Part shown: positions 39,536 to 49,751 of the stretch, piece by piece | Layout of the letters: every line of letters starts with the position of its first letter | Numbering within the stretch: position 1 is the first letter of the stretch | Program-made: the position numbers and the translations under genes | Notes under the pieces: generated by a model | The model's database searches: none | Told to the model about the DNA's origin: nothing | The model's input: only the letters and a program-made list of their open reading frames with translations | NCBI GenBank assembly: GCA_965218425.1 | Contig: OZ244621.1 | Span: 416,001 to 480,000, forward strand | Direction: 5' to 3' | Length of the DNA stretch: 64,000 nucleotides | Source of the DNA: an uncultured Candidatus Binatia bacterium | GTDB lineage: Bacteria; Desulfobacterota; Binatia; UBA9968; CAXXLF01

Positions 39536-40378
39536 ATGACTAGGCTGGACAGAGCAAAGAGCTTCGGTCAACGTGCGGCGCACGAATTAGCTGTGCTGGC
39601 GGCTCGCTTCGCAGCCGGGGAAGCGGAACTTATTTCCACTTACTTCAACTGGGACAGACGGAGTCGAGAGACGGACATTCACTGGCTTACGAAACAAGTT
39701 GGTCGAGAAATCGAATCCGCCTTTACCGCATTCAAGGGCATTCAGAAGCATCTGGAAGGGGACCCGCCCCGCGTAGATAGGAAATGGGTCGAGGAAGAAC
39801 TTTTCAGAGCCAAACAAGAAATGAACCATGGCAACCTGTATGCGGATATCCTGGAAAGTCTCACTGGTGAGCGCATTGATACAATGGAAGTGGTCCGTCG
39901 TTACAACCGATGGAATCCCGACTCGTCTCTGCCGAACACTAAGGAGTATGTCAAGCTCGCTGCGCTGTTCCGTGAGCAGGAAGAACGATCCGAACCATGG
40001 GCACGACTCGTTACTTCAGGTGGGCTTTTAGAGGGGGGTAGCTGTGGCTTATTTTACGCGGCTGCGTTACTCAAAGGTAAAGGCAATGATCTAGACGAGC
40101 AACTTGCGAGCGCAAACGAAATTGTTCTTAGAGACGAACGGGGACACGGTCCAGCAAACCTTCTGGAGATTTCAGAGCTGATCACTACTGAGGAGGCGTT
40201 GCAAGAAGCGAAAGAAATGCTGCAAAAGCGAGGGGAACAACGGTTGCGATCCCGTAACGAACAATTTAGCCACCCGCTCAGTGAAGAGCGAATCGCTGAA
40301 ATCGCCCGGGGAAAGGTCGACGTCAGCGTTGTAAAAGAAGTATGGGGAGAAAATCTTTATAGCTTTGTGGAAAGGTAG
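39536..40378 (+). CDS. Uncharacterised ferritin-like diiron protein
   Basis: Two ExxH motifs (QEMNH, DERGH), each preceded by a Glu-bearing helix (GRE, LLEGG). Confidence 0.7.
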   Translation: MTRLDRAKSFGQRAAHELAVLAARFAAGEAELISTYFNWDRRSRETDIHWLTKQVGREIESAFTAFKGIQKHLEGDPPRVDRKWVEEELFRAKQEMNHGNLYADILESLTGERIDTMEVVRRYNRWNPDSSLPNTKEYVKLAALFREQEERSEPWARLVTSGGLLEGGSCGLFYAAALLKGKGNDLDEQLASANEIVLRDERGHGPANLLEISELITTEEALQEAKEMLQKRGEQRLRSRNEQFSHPLSEERIAEIARGKVDVSVVKEVWGENLYSFVER

Positions 40379-40568
40379 AAATGTCAAAACTAGACGGTTG
40401 TTTCAGATCAAGGGTCATACATGGCTTTATAAATGATCGGTCCCTGTTCGCTTGGACTATGGCAGAAGCATGACTTTATGTGAGGCCTTTTCCTGTTGGT
40501 TACGTTTATTTAGGCGCATTGGTCACTTTGGGTTGTAGACCAAGAATCTTAAAGGAGGGAGACAAAAA

Positions 40569-42266
40569 ATGGCAATGATGACTGGCGGTTTCGCAGCAGT
40601 CGAAACGTTGCGCTCAGAGGGCGTACGCCACGTTTTCGGACTAATAGGTTCTTCTACAATGGAAATGTACGATGCTTTGTACGACTGCTCTGAAGTAGAA
40701 TACATCGGAGCTCGACATGAGACCTGCGCCGCCATAATGGCTGATGCGTATGCAAGGGTATCCGGAGGTCCAGGGGTTTGCTTGGCCGGCCAAAACGGAC
40801 CTGGCGCTACCAACCTGATAACAGGAATTGCCCAAGCCTTTCTATCTTATTCGCCAGTGCTAGCCATTGTCGGGGCTGCATCCACTAGTCACATGGGGAA
40901 GGAATCCTTTCAGGAAGTGGACCAACAATCGCTTTTTGCGCCTGTTACCAAGAAATCTTTGATGGTTTACCAGCCTGAGCGAATCCCCGAGTTTCTGCTG
41001 GAAGGATTAAAGACCTGTATGGCAGGACGCCGAGGTCCCGTCGCTGTAAATATTCCACGGGATTTTATGGGCAAGGAGATTGAAGTCGAGTTTGTCCCGT
41101 CTCGCCAAAAGAGTTACAGCGGTTTGACCGAATGGCAAGCTGATCCGCAGCTGCTGGATGAAGCAGTGCAAATCCTCGCTGCAGCTGCGCGCCCGGTTAT
41201 TGTAGGAGGGGGTGGAATCAAATGGTCTCGGGCTACTGAGTTTACAGTATTGCTGGCCGAGCAACTCCAGTGCCCAGTTGTTGCTTCTGCAGGGCATGGG
41301 GATATAGTTCCCAGTGATTTTGAACTCTTCGGAGGCCAAGTCGGGCCTAGAGGAAACTGGGCTGCTACAGAAACAATGAAGAATGCTGACGTGATCTTAG
41401 CTTTGGGCACAAGGCTTGGCTTTAGCTCAACCTTCTATTCGCACGAATTTGTACCGCGTAACGCCCAAATAATTCAAGTGGAGATCGAGCCTGCTGCTAT
41501 TGGACGCTATTTTCCTGTGCACCTTGGCATTGTTGGAGACGTCAACAGGGTCGCTCGTGGCCTGTTGGAGCGAATAAAAACTATACCACAGCTGAACCAC
41601 ACAACGTGGCTAGAAGAATTCCAAAAAAACAAAAAACTGCTCGCTGAGCAGCGGCAAAGGGCAGCTGAAGAGTCATCGCCGCTGATTAAACCCGCGCGAC
41701 TGTTTGCCGAACTTCGTAAGTCGGTCCCGCGCGAGAGCATATTTTCGTTAGATGGCGGCACACTTTGTCTTCAGGCAGCTGATGCACTGCAATATTTTCA
41801 GCCACCAGCGTTGCTAACACAATTGGATTTTGGCCTTGTTGGCTTTTCATTACCAGCCGGGTTGGGCGCAAAGCTGGCTGCGCCAGAGAGGCCTGTGATC
41901 AGCCTTATGGGCGATGGAGGTTTAAGCATGACACTCGGCGAGATTGGCACAGCTGTTGCCCACCAGGTAGCCCTAGTTGCCATAGTGATGAATAATAACA
42001 GTTGGGGGGCAGAAAAGGCCTATCAAAAGGATTTCTTTGGCAAACGATATCTCGGTGTGGACCTAAAGAACCCGCGTTTCGATATAGTGGCACAATCATT
42101 TGGCGCTAGGGGCGCTTATGTGGAGGACCCAAGTCAGATAGGCTCACTGGTTGAAGAAGCCATTAGTAGCAAAACCTTTACAGTCATCGAAGTTCCGGTT
42201 GATCCCGAGGCTCTGTATACTTTTCGTCGTGACGCCTTCGCCCATCGAGCCACGAAAACCTCCTAA
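40569..42266 (+). CDS. ThDP-dependent enzyme, sulfoacetaldehyde acetyltransferase (Xsc)-like
   Basis: FGLIGS, RHE, GQNGPG, SFQEVDQ, GDGG..MNNNSWGAEK; QNGPG and WGAEK are Xsc-like. Confidence 0.8.
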   Translation: MAMMTGGFAAVETLRSEGVRHVFGLIGSSTMEMYDALYDCSEVEYIGARHETCAAIMADAYARVSGGPGVCLAGQNGPGATNLITGIAQAFLSYSPVLAIVGAASTSHMGKESFQEVDQQSLFAPVTKKSLMVYQPERIPEFLLEGLKTCMAGRRGPVAVNIPRDFMGKEIEVEFVPSRQKSYSGLTEWQADPQLLDEAVQILAAAARPVIVGGGGIKWSRATEFTVLLAEQLQCPVVASAGHGDIVPSDFELFGGQVGPRGNWAATETMKNADVILALGTRLGFSSTFYSHEFVPRNAQIIQVEIEPAAIGRYFPVHLGIVGDVNRVARGLLERIKTIPQLNHTTWLEEFQKNKKLLAEQRQRAAEESSPLIKPARLFAELRKSVPRESIFSLDGGTLCLQAADALQYFQPPALLTQLDFGLVGFSLPAGLGAKLAAPERPVISLMGDGGLSMTLGEIGTAVAHQVALVAIVMNNNSWGAEKAYQKDFFGKRYLGVDLKNPRFDIVAQSFGARGAYVEDPSQIGSLVEEAISSKTFTVIEVPVDPEALYTFRRDAFAHRATKTS

Positions 42267-42287
42267 CAAGAGATTGGAGGAGAATCT

Positions 42288-43403
42288 ATGGCGCTAATTC
42301 TGAGCAATGAGGAGATTGAGGACTTGCTCAATGCGGAAGAATACCTGGATGCCCTTGAGGGCATTTATAGAGAGATTGCAAATGGAGTTGCTGCTAATAG
42401 CCCTCGCATTGATGTGCTTAAACCCGTGTCTTCTAAAGACGGTGGTTCAATAAACTATTACATGATGAAAACCATGTCGGGAGTGGCTTCGCAATACGCT
42501 GCTATACGGTTATTAAGCGATCTTGTCTGGTTTCCAGAAGTCGGGAGAGAGGTTAGAAAAGACCGGCTTCCAGAACATCGGCATCGCTATAGCACTACGA
42601 GGGGATTAATCCTCCTCTTTAGTCCCAAGAGCGGTGAACTTCTGGCCGTTATGAGTGAAGGTTATATTCGGAATGTTCGAGTAGGAGCGGCAGCGGCCAT
42701 TGCTGCGCGATATCTCGCTCGGGAGGACGCTCACTCTGTGGGATTACTCGGGAGCGGCTTTTTAGCAAAGGCTCATCTGGAAGCCCTTTCTCATGTACGC
42801 GAGCTTCATAAAGTTCAAGTCTATAGCCCTAACCCCGAGCATCGTAATCAATTCGCTGAAGAGTTGAGGGATCAGATGGGCATTGAAGTTATTGCCTCAA
42901 AGAGCCCGCAGGACGCAGTAGCAGCCACAGATATTGTAATTTTAGCGACCAATTCCCTGCAACCGGTCATCAAGGCCGAATGGCTCGAACCGGGCATGTA
43001 TTTCACGTGTGTCCGGCATTGCGAGATTAGTCGTGAATCCTTTCACCGGTCGAATCTGGTTGTGCTCAACTCGAAAATTCATTTCGGAGTTCAATATTAT
43101 CTAGCCGACACTGACGCTTCTTTGCCGCAAAGTCTCGCTATGGACTATGAAAGAGGATATCCACCAGGAGATGTTAAAGACATTTCTTGGAACGAGCTCC
43201 CTGATCTCGCGGATCTGACTGCAGGTAAACATCCGGGACGCACCGACAAGCGTGAGATTATTTGCTTTAACAATAGCGTGGGGTTCGGCTTGCAGTTCAC
43301 TGCTTGCGCAGGGAGGGCATACGAGCTGGCTAAAAAGAAAGGTGTAGGTCAAGAAATGCCGAGAGACTGGTCCTTAGACGTGGTACGTCCGCACTCTAGG
43401 TAA
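42288..43403 (+). CDS. Ornithine cyclodeaminase/mu-crystallin family protein
   Basis: RVGAAAAIAARYLARED, GLLGSGFLA, LATNS, SVGFGLQ. Confidence 0.9.
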   Translation: MALILSNEEIEDLLNAEEYLDALEGIYREIANGVAANSPRIDVLKPVSSKDGGSINYYMMKTMSGVASQYAAIRLLSDLVWFPEVGREVRKDRLPEHRHRYSTTRGLILLFSPKSGELLAVMSEGYIRNVRVGAAAAIAARYLAREDAHSVGLLGSGFLAKAHLEALSHVRELHKVQVYSPNPEHRNQFAEELRDQMGIEVIASKSPQDAVAATDIVILATNSLQPVIKAEWLEPGMYFTCVRHCEISRESFHRSNLVVLNSKIHFGVQYYLADTDASLPQSLAMDYERGYPPGDVKDISWNELPDLADLTAGKHPGRTDKREIICFNNSVGFGLQFTACAGRAYELAKKKGVGQEMPRDWSLDVVRPHSR

Positions 43404-43494
43404 ATCGTACCTGAAATAGCGTCAATAGAAATATGACGGCTATTGCCATGGACACTCAAGTTCAGATCACCATATTCAAAGAAAGGAGTCTAGT

Positions 43495-44502
43495 ATGTTA
43501 ATTGCGTCAACTGTCGCTTTGTGTTTTCTGTCGTTTTTCATCGCTGGACCAGCTGAGTCAGCGGAGCACTTTTACAAATCTAAAACTATCCGTGTAATAG
43601 TGCCATTTAGCCCAGGAGGTGGTTATGATCTCTACGCCCGCCTGTTGGCACGCCACATGGGGAGACATATACCAGGGAGTCCAAGGGTAATTGTGCAAAA
43701 CATACCTGGTGGTGGAGGGATGATCGCCCAGAATTTTGTCTACAGAGTGGCCAGACGTGATGGGCTCACCATAATGACAACAACAAGAGGCATTGCGTTG
43801 CAGCAAGTACTTGGGTTCAAAGGGGTCAAGTTTAACGCTGCTCATTTTACTTGGATTGGAAGTGCCAATGCAGAAAGCAAGGTCGCTATTGCAAGTAAGA
43901 ATAGCAACTTTAGGAACCTTAATGACGTGATCAATTCACCTAGCCCCATGGCTGTCGGGGGTGTCGGGCCAGGAATTGACGTCGACATTTACGCAAAAGC
44001 CCTAAGGGGAGTCTTGAATGCGAATCTGAAGCTGGTCACAGGGTACCGCGGCGGAGGACAACTTCTGGGAGCGATAGAACAAGGGGAGTTAGACGGGTTG
44101 TTTGGTTTTTCTTGGTCTACGGTGAAGGCCCGGCGGCCCCCTTTTATCAATGTTATAGGTGATCTGAGTTTGTCGCGGAATTCCGAACTGAAAGACATGG
44201 GCGTAACATGGATATTTGATCTTCCGATGTCTGTTGAATCTAAGCAGATGCTTGAGTTGCTCTTTTCCCCTTCCAAGATGGGTCGTCCGTTCGCAGGACC
44301 CCCTGAGGTTCCCGCAGACCGAGTCAAGGTATTGAGGCGAGCCTTTGCCGACACAGTTAAGGACCCAAAATTTGTCGCTGAGGCTAACCGAGCACGTCTT
44401 GGGATTCAGCCGCTTGCGGGAGAAAAAGTCACTAAAACCGTGGAGAGTATTTTGAATTCCAAGCCAGATATTCTCGACAGGATTCGGGGAATCCTTAAGT
44501 AA
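43495..44502 (+). CDS. Tripartite tricarboxylate transporter (TctC/Bug) substrate-binding protein
   Basis: Signal peptide, VPFSPGGGYDLYAR, NIPGGGG, GYRGG. Confidence 0.9.
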   Translation: MLIASTVALCFLSFFIAGPAESAEHFYKSKTIRVIVPFSPGGGYDLYARLLARHMGRHIPGSPRVIVQNIPGGGGMIAQNFVYRVARRDGLTIMTTTRGIALQQVLGFKGVKFNAAHFTWIGSANAESKVAIASKNSNFRNLNDVINSPSPMAVGGVGPGIDVDIYAKALRGVLNANLKLVTGYRGGGQLLGAIEQGELDGLFGFSWSTVKARRPPFINVIGDLSLSRNSELKDMGVTWIFDLPMSVESKQMLELLFSPSKMGRPFAGPPEVPADRVKVLRRAFADTVKDPKFVAEANRARLGIQPLAGEKVTKTVESILNSKPDILDRIRGILK

Positions 44503-44662
44503 ACCCAGAAAAGCAGCCCGGGTTCAATAACTTCCACAACAAACTGACGACTGCCAAATTGTGTTTCGCTAGTCTATTCTGAGGACCCAGTATTCTGTGT
44601 GGCGTCGACCCGCCTTATCATTGCTGTGAGGGTGCCTAGACGAGCTCCTGGTGCAGAGTTAA

Positions 44663-45409
44663 ATGAATCTCCGCAGCGAAGAGTGGTTGATAGGATTTGT
44701 GATTTTGATCACAGGCGGTTTCATAAAAGGAACAGTGGGCATGGGATTTCCTCTTTTCAGCGCACCCTTTTTAGCACCACACCTTGGAGTACAATATACT
44801 GTTACGTTCCTGGCTTTACCGATGTTTTTGACGAGCGTCTACATGACGCTCAACGAAGGTCGTTTACTGTCAACTCTTAGGCGCTTCTGGTCATTGATCG
44901 TTTTGCTTTTTCCAGGAACCTGGCTAGGTGTGCTTGGGCTGTCTGTGCTGGATCCATCGGTTCTATTTATTGTTTTGGGGCTCGTTACTATTATGTTTGT
45001 GTTGCTGAACTTTGTTCAGATCAAATCCAATCTTTCCTCTCAACAGGAAATCTGGATGAGTCCAACAGCGGGACTATTGGCAGGTTTAACAGGTGGGATG
45101 ACCGCGATTTATGGGCCTCCTATCTCTATATTTCTGGTCACCTTGAGGTTAGAAAAAAATGAATTTGCAGCGTCGGTAGTTTTGATAAATCTATTTGCTT
45201 CCGTTCCCTTGCTTTCATCGCTTGTTGTACGTGGACTTTTGGGACTTGAGGAAGCAATCTTTTCGGCATCTGCCTCACTGCCCGTGTTCATAGGTATGGT
45301 GCTCGGGAGGAAGTTGCGGAGCATTATCGATCAAGAACTCTTTACAAGGATTGTCCTCATCGTGCTGTTGGTTGGAGGAGTGAACCTAGTAAGGAAGGCT
45401 TTTATGTGA
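44663..45409 (+). CDS. TauE/SafE family sulfite exporter
   Basis: GFIKGTVGMG, GLTGGMTAIYGPP, about 8 TM segments. Confidence 0.9.
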   Translation: MNLRSEEWLIGFVILITGGFIKGTVGMGFPLFSAPFLAPHLGVQYTVTFLALPMFLTSVYMTLNEGRLLSTLRRFWSLIVLLFPGTWLGVLGLSVLDPSVLFIVLGLVTIMFVLLNFVQIKSNLSSQQEIWMSPTAGLLAGLTGGMTAIYGPPISIFLVTLRLEKNEFAASVVLINLFASVPLLSSLVVRGLLGLEEAIFSASASLPVFIGMVLGRKLRSIIDQELFTRIVLIVLLVGGVNLVRKAFM

Positions 45410-45485
45410 GCTGCCACTTGGATGTATAATGTTTTACGACGTATAACGTCGAGAGCGCGGAGCGAAAGATTGAAAGCCGGAATCT

Positions 45486-47693
45486 ATGTTGGCGAGAAAG
45501 CAATATATCAGAGACACCGTCCGTACGGCTCTAGCCTCTGGGCGCAAAACGCTGTCGGAGGGGGAATCGAAGCGATTGCTTCGGGCGGCGAGGGTTCATG
45601 TGGTGAAGGGGAGACTGGTGGGCGATGCGAACGCTGCAGCCCAGGCGTCTTCTCAGATAGGGTTCCCCGTCACCCTCAAGGCCTCGGGAACAGGTATCTG
45701 GCACAAGACCGACCTAGGCCTGATTCAATGGGATCTAAGCACAAAGAATTCAGTCAGTAAGGCCTATAAAAGGATTGCTTCCTCTTTGAAGAGGCATTCC
45801 TTATTGGGTAGTGTCGACGGTATCTTGGTGGAGGAGCATCTTGCGCAGGCGCCTGAGCTTATCCTGGGATTTAGGCGAGATCCGTCGTTAGGGCCTATGG
45901 TCATGCTGGGAGCCGGCGGAATTTATACGGAGAGAATCGATGATGTAGCGTTTGCCCTGGCTCCAGTGAGTGCCGCAGAGGTACGCAGGATGTTGCGGCA
46001 GCTTCGCTGCTTTCCAATTCTGGCGGGTGGTTATCGCGGCTTGCGCAAGAACGATCTCGATTCAATTGTTCATGCCGTTCTGGCTTTGGCTGGCAAAAAT
46101 GGTCTCGGCCTTTCTCTTAAAGAACTTTCTGTTATTGATATCAATCCAATCCGTCTCTATCCGCATGGCTATTATGTGCTTGATGCTAAGATCCGCCTCT
46201 CGGAGCCCCCTGAGAGAGATGATACATTGGAGGATGGGGAGCGCCCGGGGAAGGAGATCTTGTCAGAATTTGCCCCGCTCTTTCGACCGAAGTCGGTCGC
46301 TTACATTGGGGCGTCGCCCACTAGTCGAAACATAGTAACGCAAATGATGAGGGCTACAAAGGATATGGGTTTTACTGGATCGATTTATCCTATACATCCA
46401 AAGGCCCGGTCCATTGACGGATCGCGGGCCTATCGGAATTTGGCAGAAGTCCCAGAAGTGGTTGACCTTGCCTGTGTTGGAATTTCTGCAAACAGCATTC
46501 CCGATATACTGAATGAAGCAAAAGGAAAGGCAAAATTTGCCCACATCTTGTCGGGTGGATTTGGCGAGATGGGAAAGTCGGGTCATCAACTAGAGGCGAA
46601 GGTTTTAGCAGCGGCACGGGCCGCTGGGATGCGCATTCTAGGCCCCAATTGCATGGGTGTTCACTGCCCGGAGGGGCAAATCACCTGTATCGACGGAGCC
46701 GAATTAGGTCCTGGTGTTGTTGGTTTCGTGTCGCAGAGTGGCGGGTTCGGGACCGATGCCATTCGCCGAGGTAATTCCCGCGGCCTGGCCTTTAGCAAGG
46801 TCATTACTGTGGGGAATAGTATCGACCTGGATTGTGCTGATTTTATCCGATACCTCGCCATTGATCCTAAAACGGACGTTATCTTGGTTTATGTTGAGTC
46901 CGTCCGAAATGGACGTGCATTTTTTCAGGCTTGCAAGCTGGCAGCTTTGCGTAAGCCTGTATTTATACTAAAAGGAGGCTTGTCGAAGCACGGAAGCCGC
47001 GCAGCTTTGAGTCATACGGGGAGATTGTCCGGCGGAAGGACAGAGTGGTTCGATCTGATCAGGCAGGCTGGGGCCGTACCGGTACATTCGCTCGACGAGT
47101 TACTCGATGCGGCGGTTGCGATTCAGGGAGGGTCTCTGCCTCAAGGAAGGCGGCTTTTGCTCTGTGGTCAGGGTGGCGGGGCGTCCGTGGTTGCTGCAGA
47201 TGCAGCACAACGTTTAGGGTTGTCCGTCCCGCCACTTGACGCTAAGACCCGTACCCGTGTCGAGCTTTTGGGTCTCCCACCGGGAACTTCCCGGGATAAT
47301 CCGATTGACGCCCCGGTTGGGACGCTTCAGGTGGACAACGGAGGCTTATTCCGTCGACTTGTGGAGACGGTCTCCTCTCGTCACCGGTTTGATTTGGCGC
47401 TCATGCACATTAATTTGCAGATGGTTGTTTCTTTTGCCCCCTACCCAAAGGAGGTCATTCAGAATTTTATTGAGACGGCGGCGTTCATCCGACAACGAGG
47501 CTTGATTGTTCTAGTTGTGCTCAGAACTACAGGAGAGGGGTTTCTCGAAGACTACCGAGCAGGAGCAGCGGTCCTCGCACGACAATATAAACTCCCCGTA
47601 TTCCAGGAGATTAATAATGCCCTGATGGCGGTAGTGGCCTTGAGGACATATGCCGACCTTCATGCGAATCCACGGAGGGACCAGAATGGCTGA
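45486..47693 (+). CDS. ADP-forming acyl-CoA synthetase (ATP-grasp N-terminal, CoA-binding C-terminal)
   Basis: HKTDLG, GPMVMLGAGG, IDINP, LGPNCMG, SQSGG, ALSHTG phospho-His motif. Confidence 0.92.
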   Translation: MLARKQYIRDTVRTALASGRKTLSEGESKRLLRAARVHVVKGRLVGDANAAAQASSQIGFPVTLKASGTGIWHKTDLGLIQWDLSTKNSVSKAYKRIASSLKRHSLLGSVDGILVEEHLAQAPELILGFRRDPSLGPMVMLGAGGIYTERIDDVAFALAPVSAAEVRRMLRQLRCFPILAGGYRGLRKNDLDSIVHAVLALAGKNGLGLSLKELSVIDINPIRLYPHGYYVLDAKIRLSEPPERDDTLEDGERPGKEILSEFAPLFRPKSVAYIGASPTSRNIVTQMMRATKDMGFTGSIYPIHPKARSIDGSRAYRNLAEVPEVVDLACVGISANSIPDILNEAKGKAKFAHILSGGFGEMGKSGHQLEAKVLAAARAAGMRILGPNCMGVHCPEGQITCIDGAELGPGVVGFVSQSGGFGTDAIRRGNSRGLAFSKVITVGNSIDLDCADFIRYLAIDPKTDVILVYVESVRNGRAFFQACKLAALRKPVFILKGGLSKHGSRAALSHTGRLSGGRTEWFDLIRQAGAVPVHSLDELLDAAVAIQGGSLPQGRRLLLCGQGGGASVVAADAAQRLGLSVPPLDAKTRTRVELLGLPPGTSRDNPIDAPVGTLQVDNGGLFRRLVETVSSRHRFDLALMHINLQMVVSFAPYPKEVIQNFIETAAFIRQRGLIVLVVLRTTGEGFLEDYRAGAAVLARQYKLPVFQEINNALMAVVALRTYADLHANPRRDQNG

Positions 47694-48465
47694 TGTCGAG
47701 TTCGATAGAGAGGATGGGATAGCACTTGTAACGTTGAATCGGCCCAAAGCTCTAAACGCGATTTCTCGTGAGATGTGGCGACAGCTTATTGAGATTTGGG
47801 ATGAGATACGCAGCGATGAAGCTATCCGGGCCGTCGTTGTGAGCGGAAACGGAGATAGGGCCTTTTGCTCGGGGCTCGATCTCAAAGAATGGAGTCAGCT
47901 CGGGGATCCTCGTGTGCGCGATTTTTGGGAGGCTAGCGGTCCGAGAGATCTTGGACGCGGGTCGCAGATCTGGAAGCCGATGATCGCGGCCGTCCACGGG
48001 TATTGTTTAGCTGGCGGTTTTGAGATCGCATTAGCTTGCGACATCCGAGTTGCCAGCGAAGACGCAACATTCGGATTCCCAGAAATCAAACGGGGGTTTT
48101 TCCCAGGAACAGGCGGAACCGTGCGCCTCTCCCGGATGATGCCACTGGGCCTCGCGTTTGAGATGCTTTATACGGGAAGGACGATCTCCGCTGAGGAGGC
48201 GCTACGATTCGGTCTAATCAATCGCATTGTGCAGCGGGGTGACTTATTTTCAGAGGTAAAACAGCTTGCCCAGGTGATCGCCAACGGCCCACCTTTGGCC
48301 CTTCAGGCCGTGAAGGAAGTCGTCCTCCGTAGCTTGGACCTTCCTTTTGCGGAGGCTATCCGGCTAGAGGCCGGCCTGCGTGCGCTTATAGGCCACACGG
48401 AAGATGCTCAAGAAGGCCCGCGGGCCTTTGCGGAAAAGCGTAAACCGACCTTTCGGGGAAAATGA
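47686..48465 (+). CDS. Enoyl-CoA hydratase/isomerase
   Basis: LNRPKALNA, AFCSGLDL, AGGFEIALACD, FPEIKRG. Confidence 0.95.
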   Translation: MADVEFDREDGIALVTLNRPKALNAISREMWRQLIEIWDEIRSDEAIRAVVVSGNGDRAFCSGLDLKEWSQLGDPRVRDFWEASGPRDLGRGSQIWKPMIAAVHGYCLAGGFEIALACDIRVASEDATFGFPEIKRGFFPGTGGTVRLSRMMPLGLAFEMLYTGRTISAEEALRFGLINRIVQRGDLFSEVKQLAQVIANGPPLALQAVKEVVLRSLDLPFAEAIRLEAGLRALIGHTEDAQEGPRAFAEKRKPTFRGK

Positions 48466-48844
48466 TGAGAATACACGCCAGGATGAGCAGCTTCGCCATA
48501 GTACCTGTCTGCACCATGGCGGTCATTAATAGCTCCTACAATGTAACTGTTCCAGATTTGTTTAGGATCGCAATGCTTATCCCTTGGGACTACGTTCTCT
48601 AAAACCCTATTCTGGTCTTTTAAACTGAGTTACTATTCCTGATTTCTCCACAGCGTTCCAATCGACCGCACGCTGCGCGAGGTAATTCACCATCAGTGAC
48701 CCTGGCATTCCCGCTCTTAACTTGCAGCAGTATAATCTTTATGCGATCTGTATTTTTTTCTCGTTTGACACCTCAAGTGAGCCCACTTGATGACAGATCA
48801 AACGTTCTGACCTAACTCCAGCTCCCACAAGACTATTTGCTGAC

Positions 48845-48865
48845 CTGTCCGTGAATTGTCCGAGT
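48845..48865. repeat. Arm-site-like motif CTGTCCGTGAATTGTCCGAGT, copy 1
   Basis: Identical 21 bp at 51124-51144; 17/20 inverted match at 33916-33935. Confidence 0.8.
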
Positions 48866-48981
48866 ATTTATTAAACGGGGACGGATTACAGATCAATTCT
48901 CGAGGCCGCCCCGTCCGTTCGCAGCCATAATGAGATTATACCGGTCAGTATTTGCTGTTCTGGTGAACTGCCGAATTAGGC

Positions 48982-49038
48982 TTGACAACGATTTGGAAAG
49001 TCACGAGAATCACACATGCCGCGTAGAAGTTGTTAGCT
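48982..49038 (+). promoter_or_regulatory. Candidate cassette promoter and attI-like core
   Basis: TTGACA-N17-GAGAAT followed by GTTAGCT at 49032, upstream of the first cassette gene. Confidence 0.4.
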
Positions 49039-49078
49039 AGAGTATGCTGACCAGCATAATCCTAGCTAGGCACCAACA

Positions 49079-49654
49079 ATAGATCCCGTCTTCACGATTC
49101 AATGGTCAGAGTTTCTCCTGGCAAATCGATTAACCAAGCTACTTCCGAAGTCTCGCGGCTATTCAGTTATGATCCCGACATCCCGACAGGAGAAGGCAAT
49201 AGATCTAGCCGTTGTTCGAAAGCAGCCAAACGGTGCATCACGGGTCGTTACCTTTCAGGTCAAGGCTTCCCGTACCTACTCGCACGAGCCGCCAAAGCGC
49301 GAGTCCACGCAGCGGTTCCGCTTTTACACATGGTTCAATAGATTTTCCGTGCCTGATGAAACTGACTTCTTTCTCCTAGTCGGTATGTATGCACCCGATG
49401 CAGCCCGTACAAAGCCTGTCGGGCCGCATTGGTATAAGGACTGTACACTCCTATTCACATTAAAGGAAATGAAAAGGTTCATGTCTTCTTGCCTGACAGT
49501 TAGGGGAACTGAAGATAAGATGTTCGGATTCGGCTTCGACAATGAGAAAAAGGTGGTTCAAACCCGTGGCGACCGTCATAGGCGAGGACTGGACTTCACT
49601 TCCTACCTACTCGACAACAGGATTGCGATTGTGGAGAAAGCCCTTGGCACTTAA
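49079..49654 (+). CDS. Putative PD-(D/E)xK nuclease-fold protein (gene cassette 1)
   Basis: Frame open from ATA at 49079: SEFLLA..KAIDLAVV..TFQVKASR fits an E..D..QxK motif; stop overlaps the attC. Confidence 0.55.
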   Translation: MDPVFTIQWSEFLLANRLTKLLPKSRGYSVMIPTSRQEKAIDLAVVRKQPNGASRVVTFQVKASRTYSHEPPKRESTQRFRFYTWFNRFSVPDETDFFLLVGMYAPDAARTKPVGPHWYKDCTLLFTLKEMKRFMSSCLTVRGTEDKMFGFGFDNEKKVVQTRGDRHRRGLDFTSYLLDNRIAIVEKALGT

Positions 49655-49715
49655 AAAGCGGCTCTAGGGCGACGGTGCGCCTCTTGCTCGCCGCGCCTGA
49701 GCCACATCGTTAGGC
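49649..49715 (+). other. attC site
   Basis: ACTTAAA aagc ggctctagggcgacggtg...cgccgcgcctgagcc acatc GTTAGGC: imperfect palindrome with a GTTRRRY core. Confidence 0.8.
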
Positions 49716-49751
49716 ATCACCGCGTCATTGACGTTGACACCGGATGACTAC

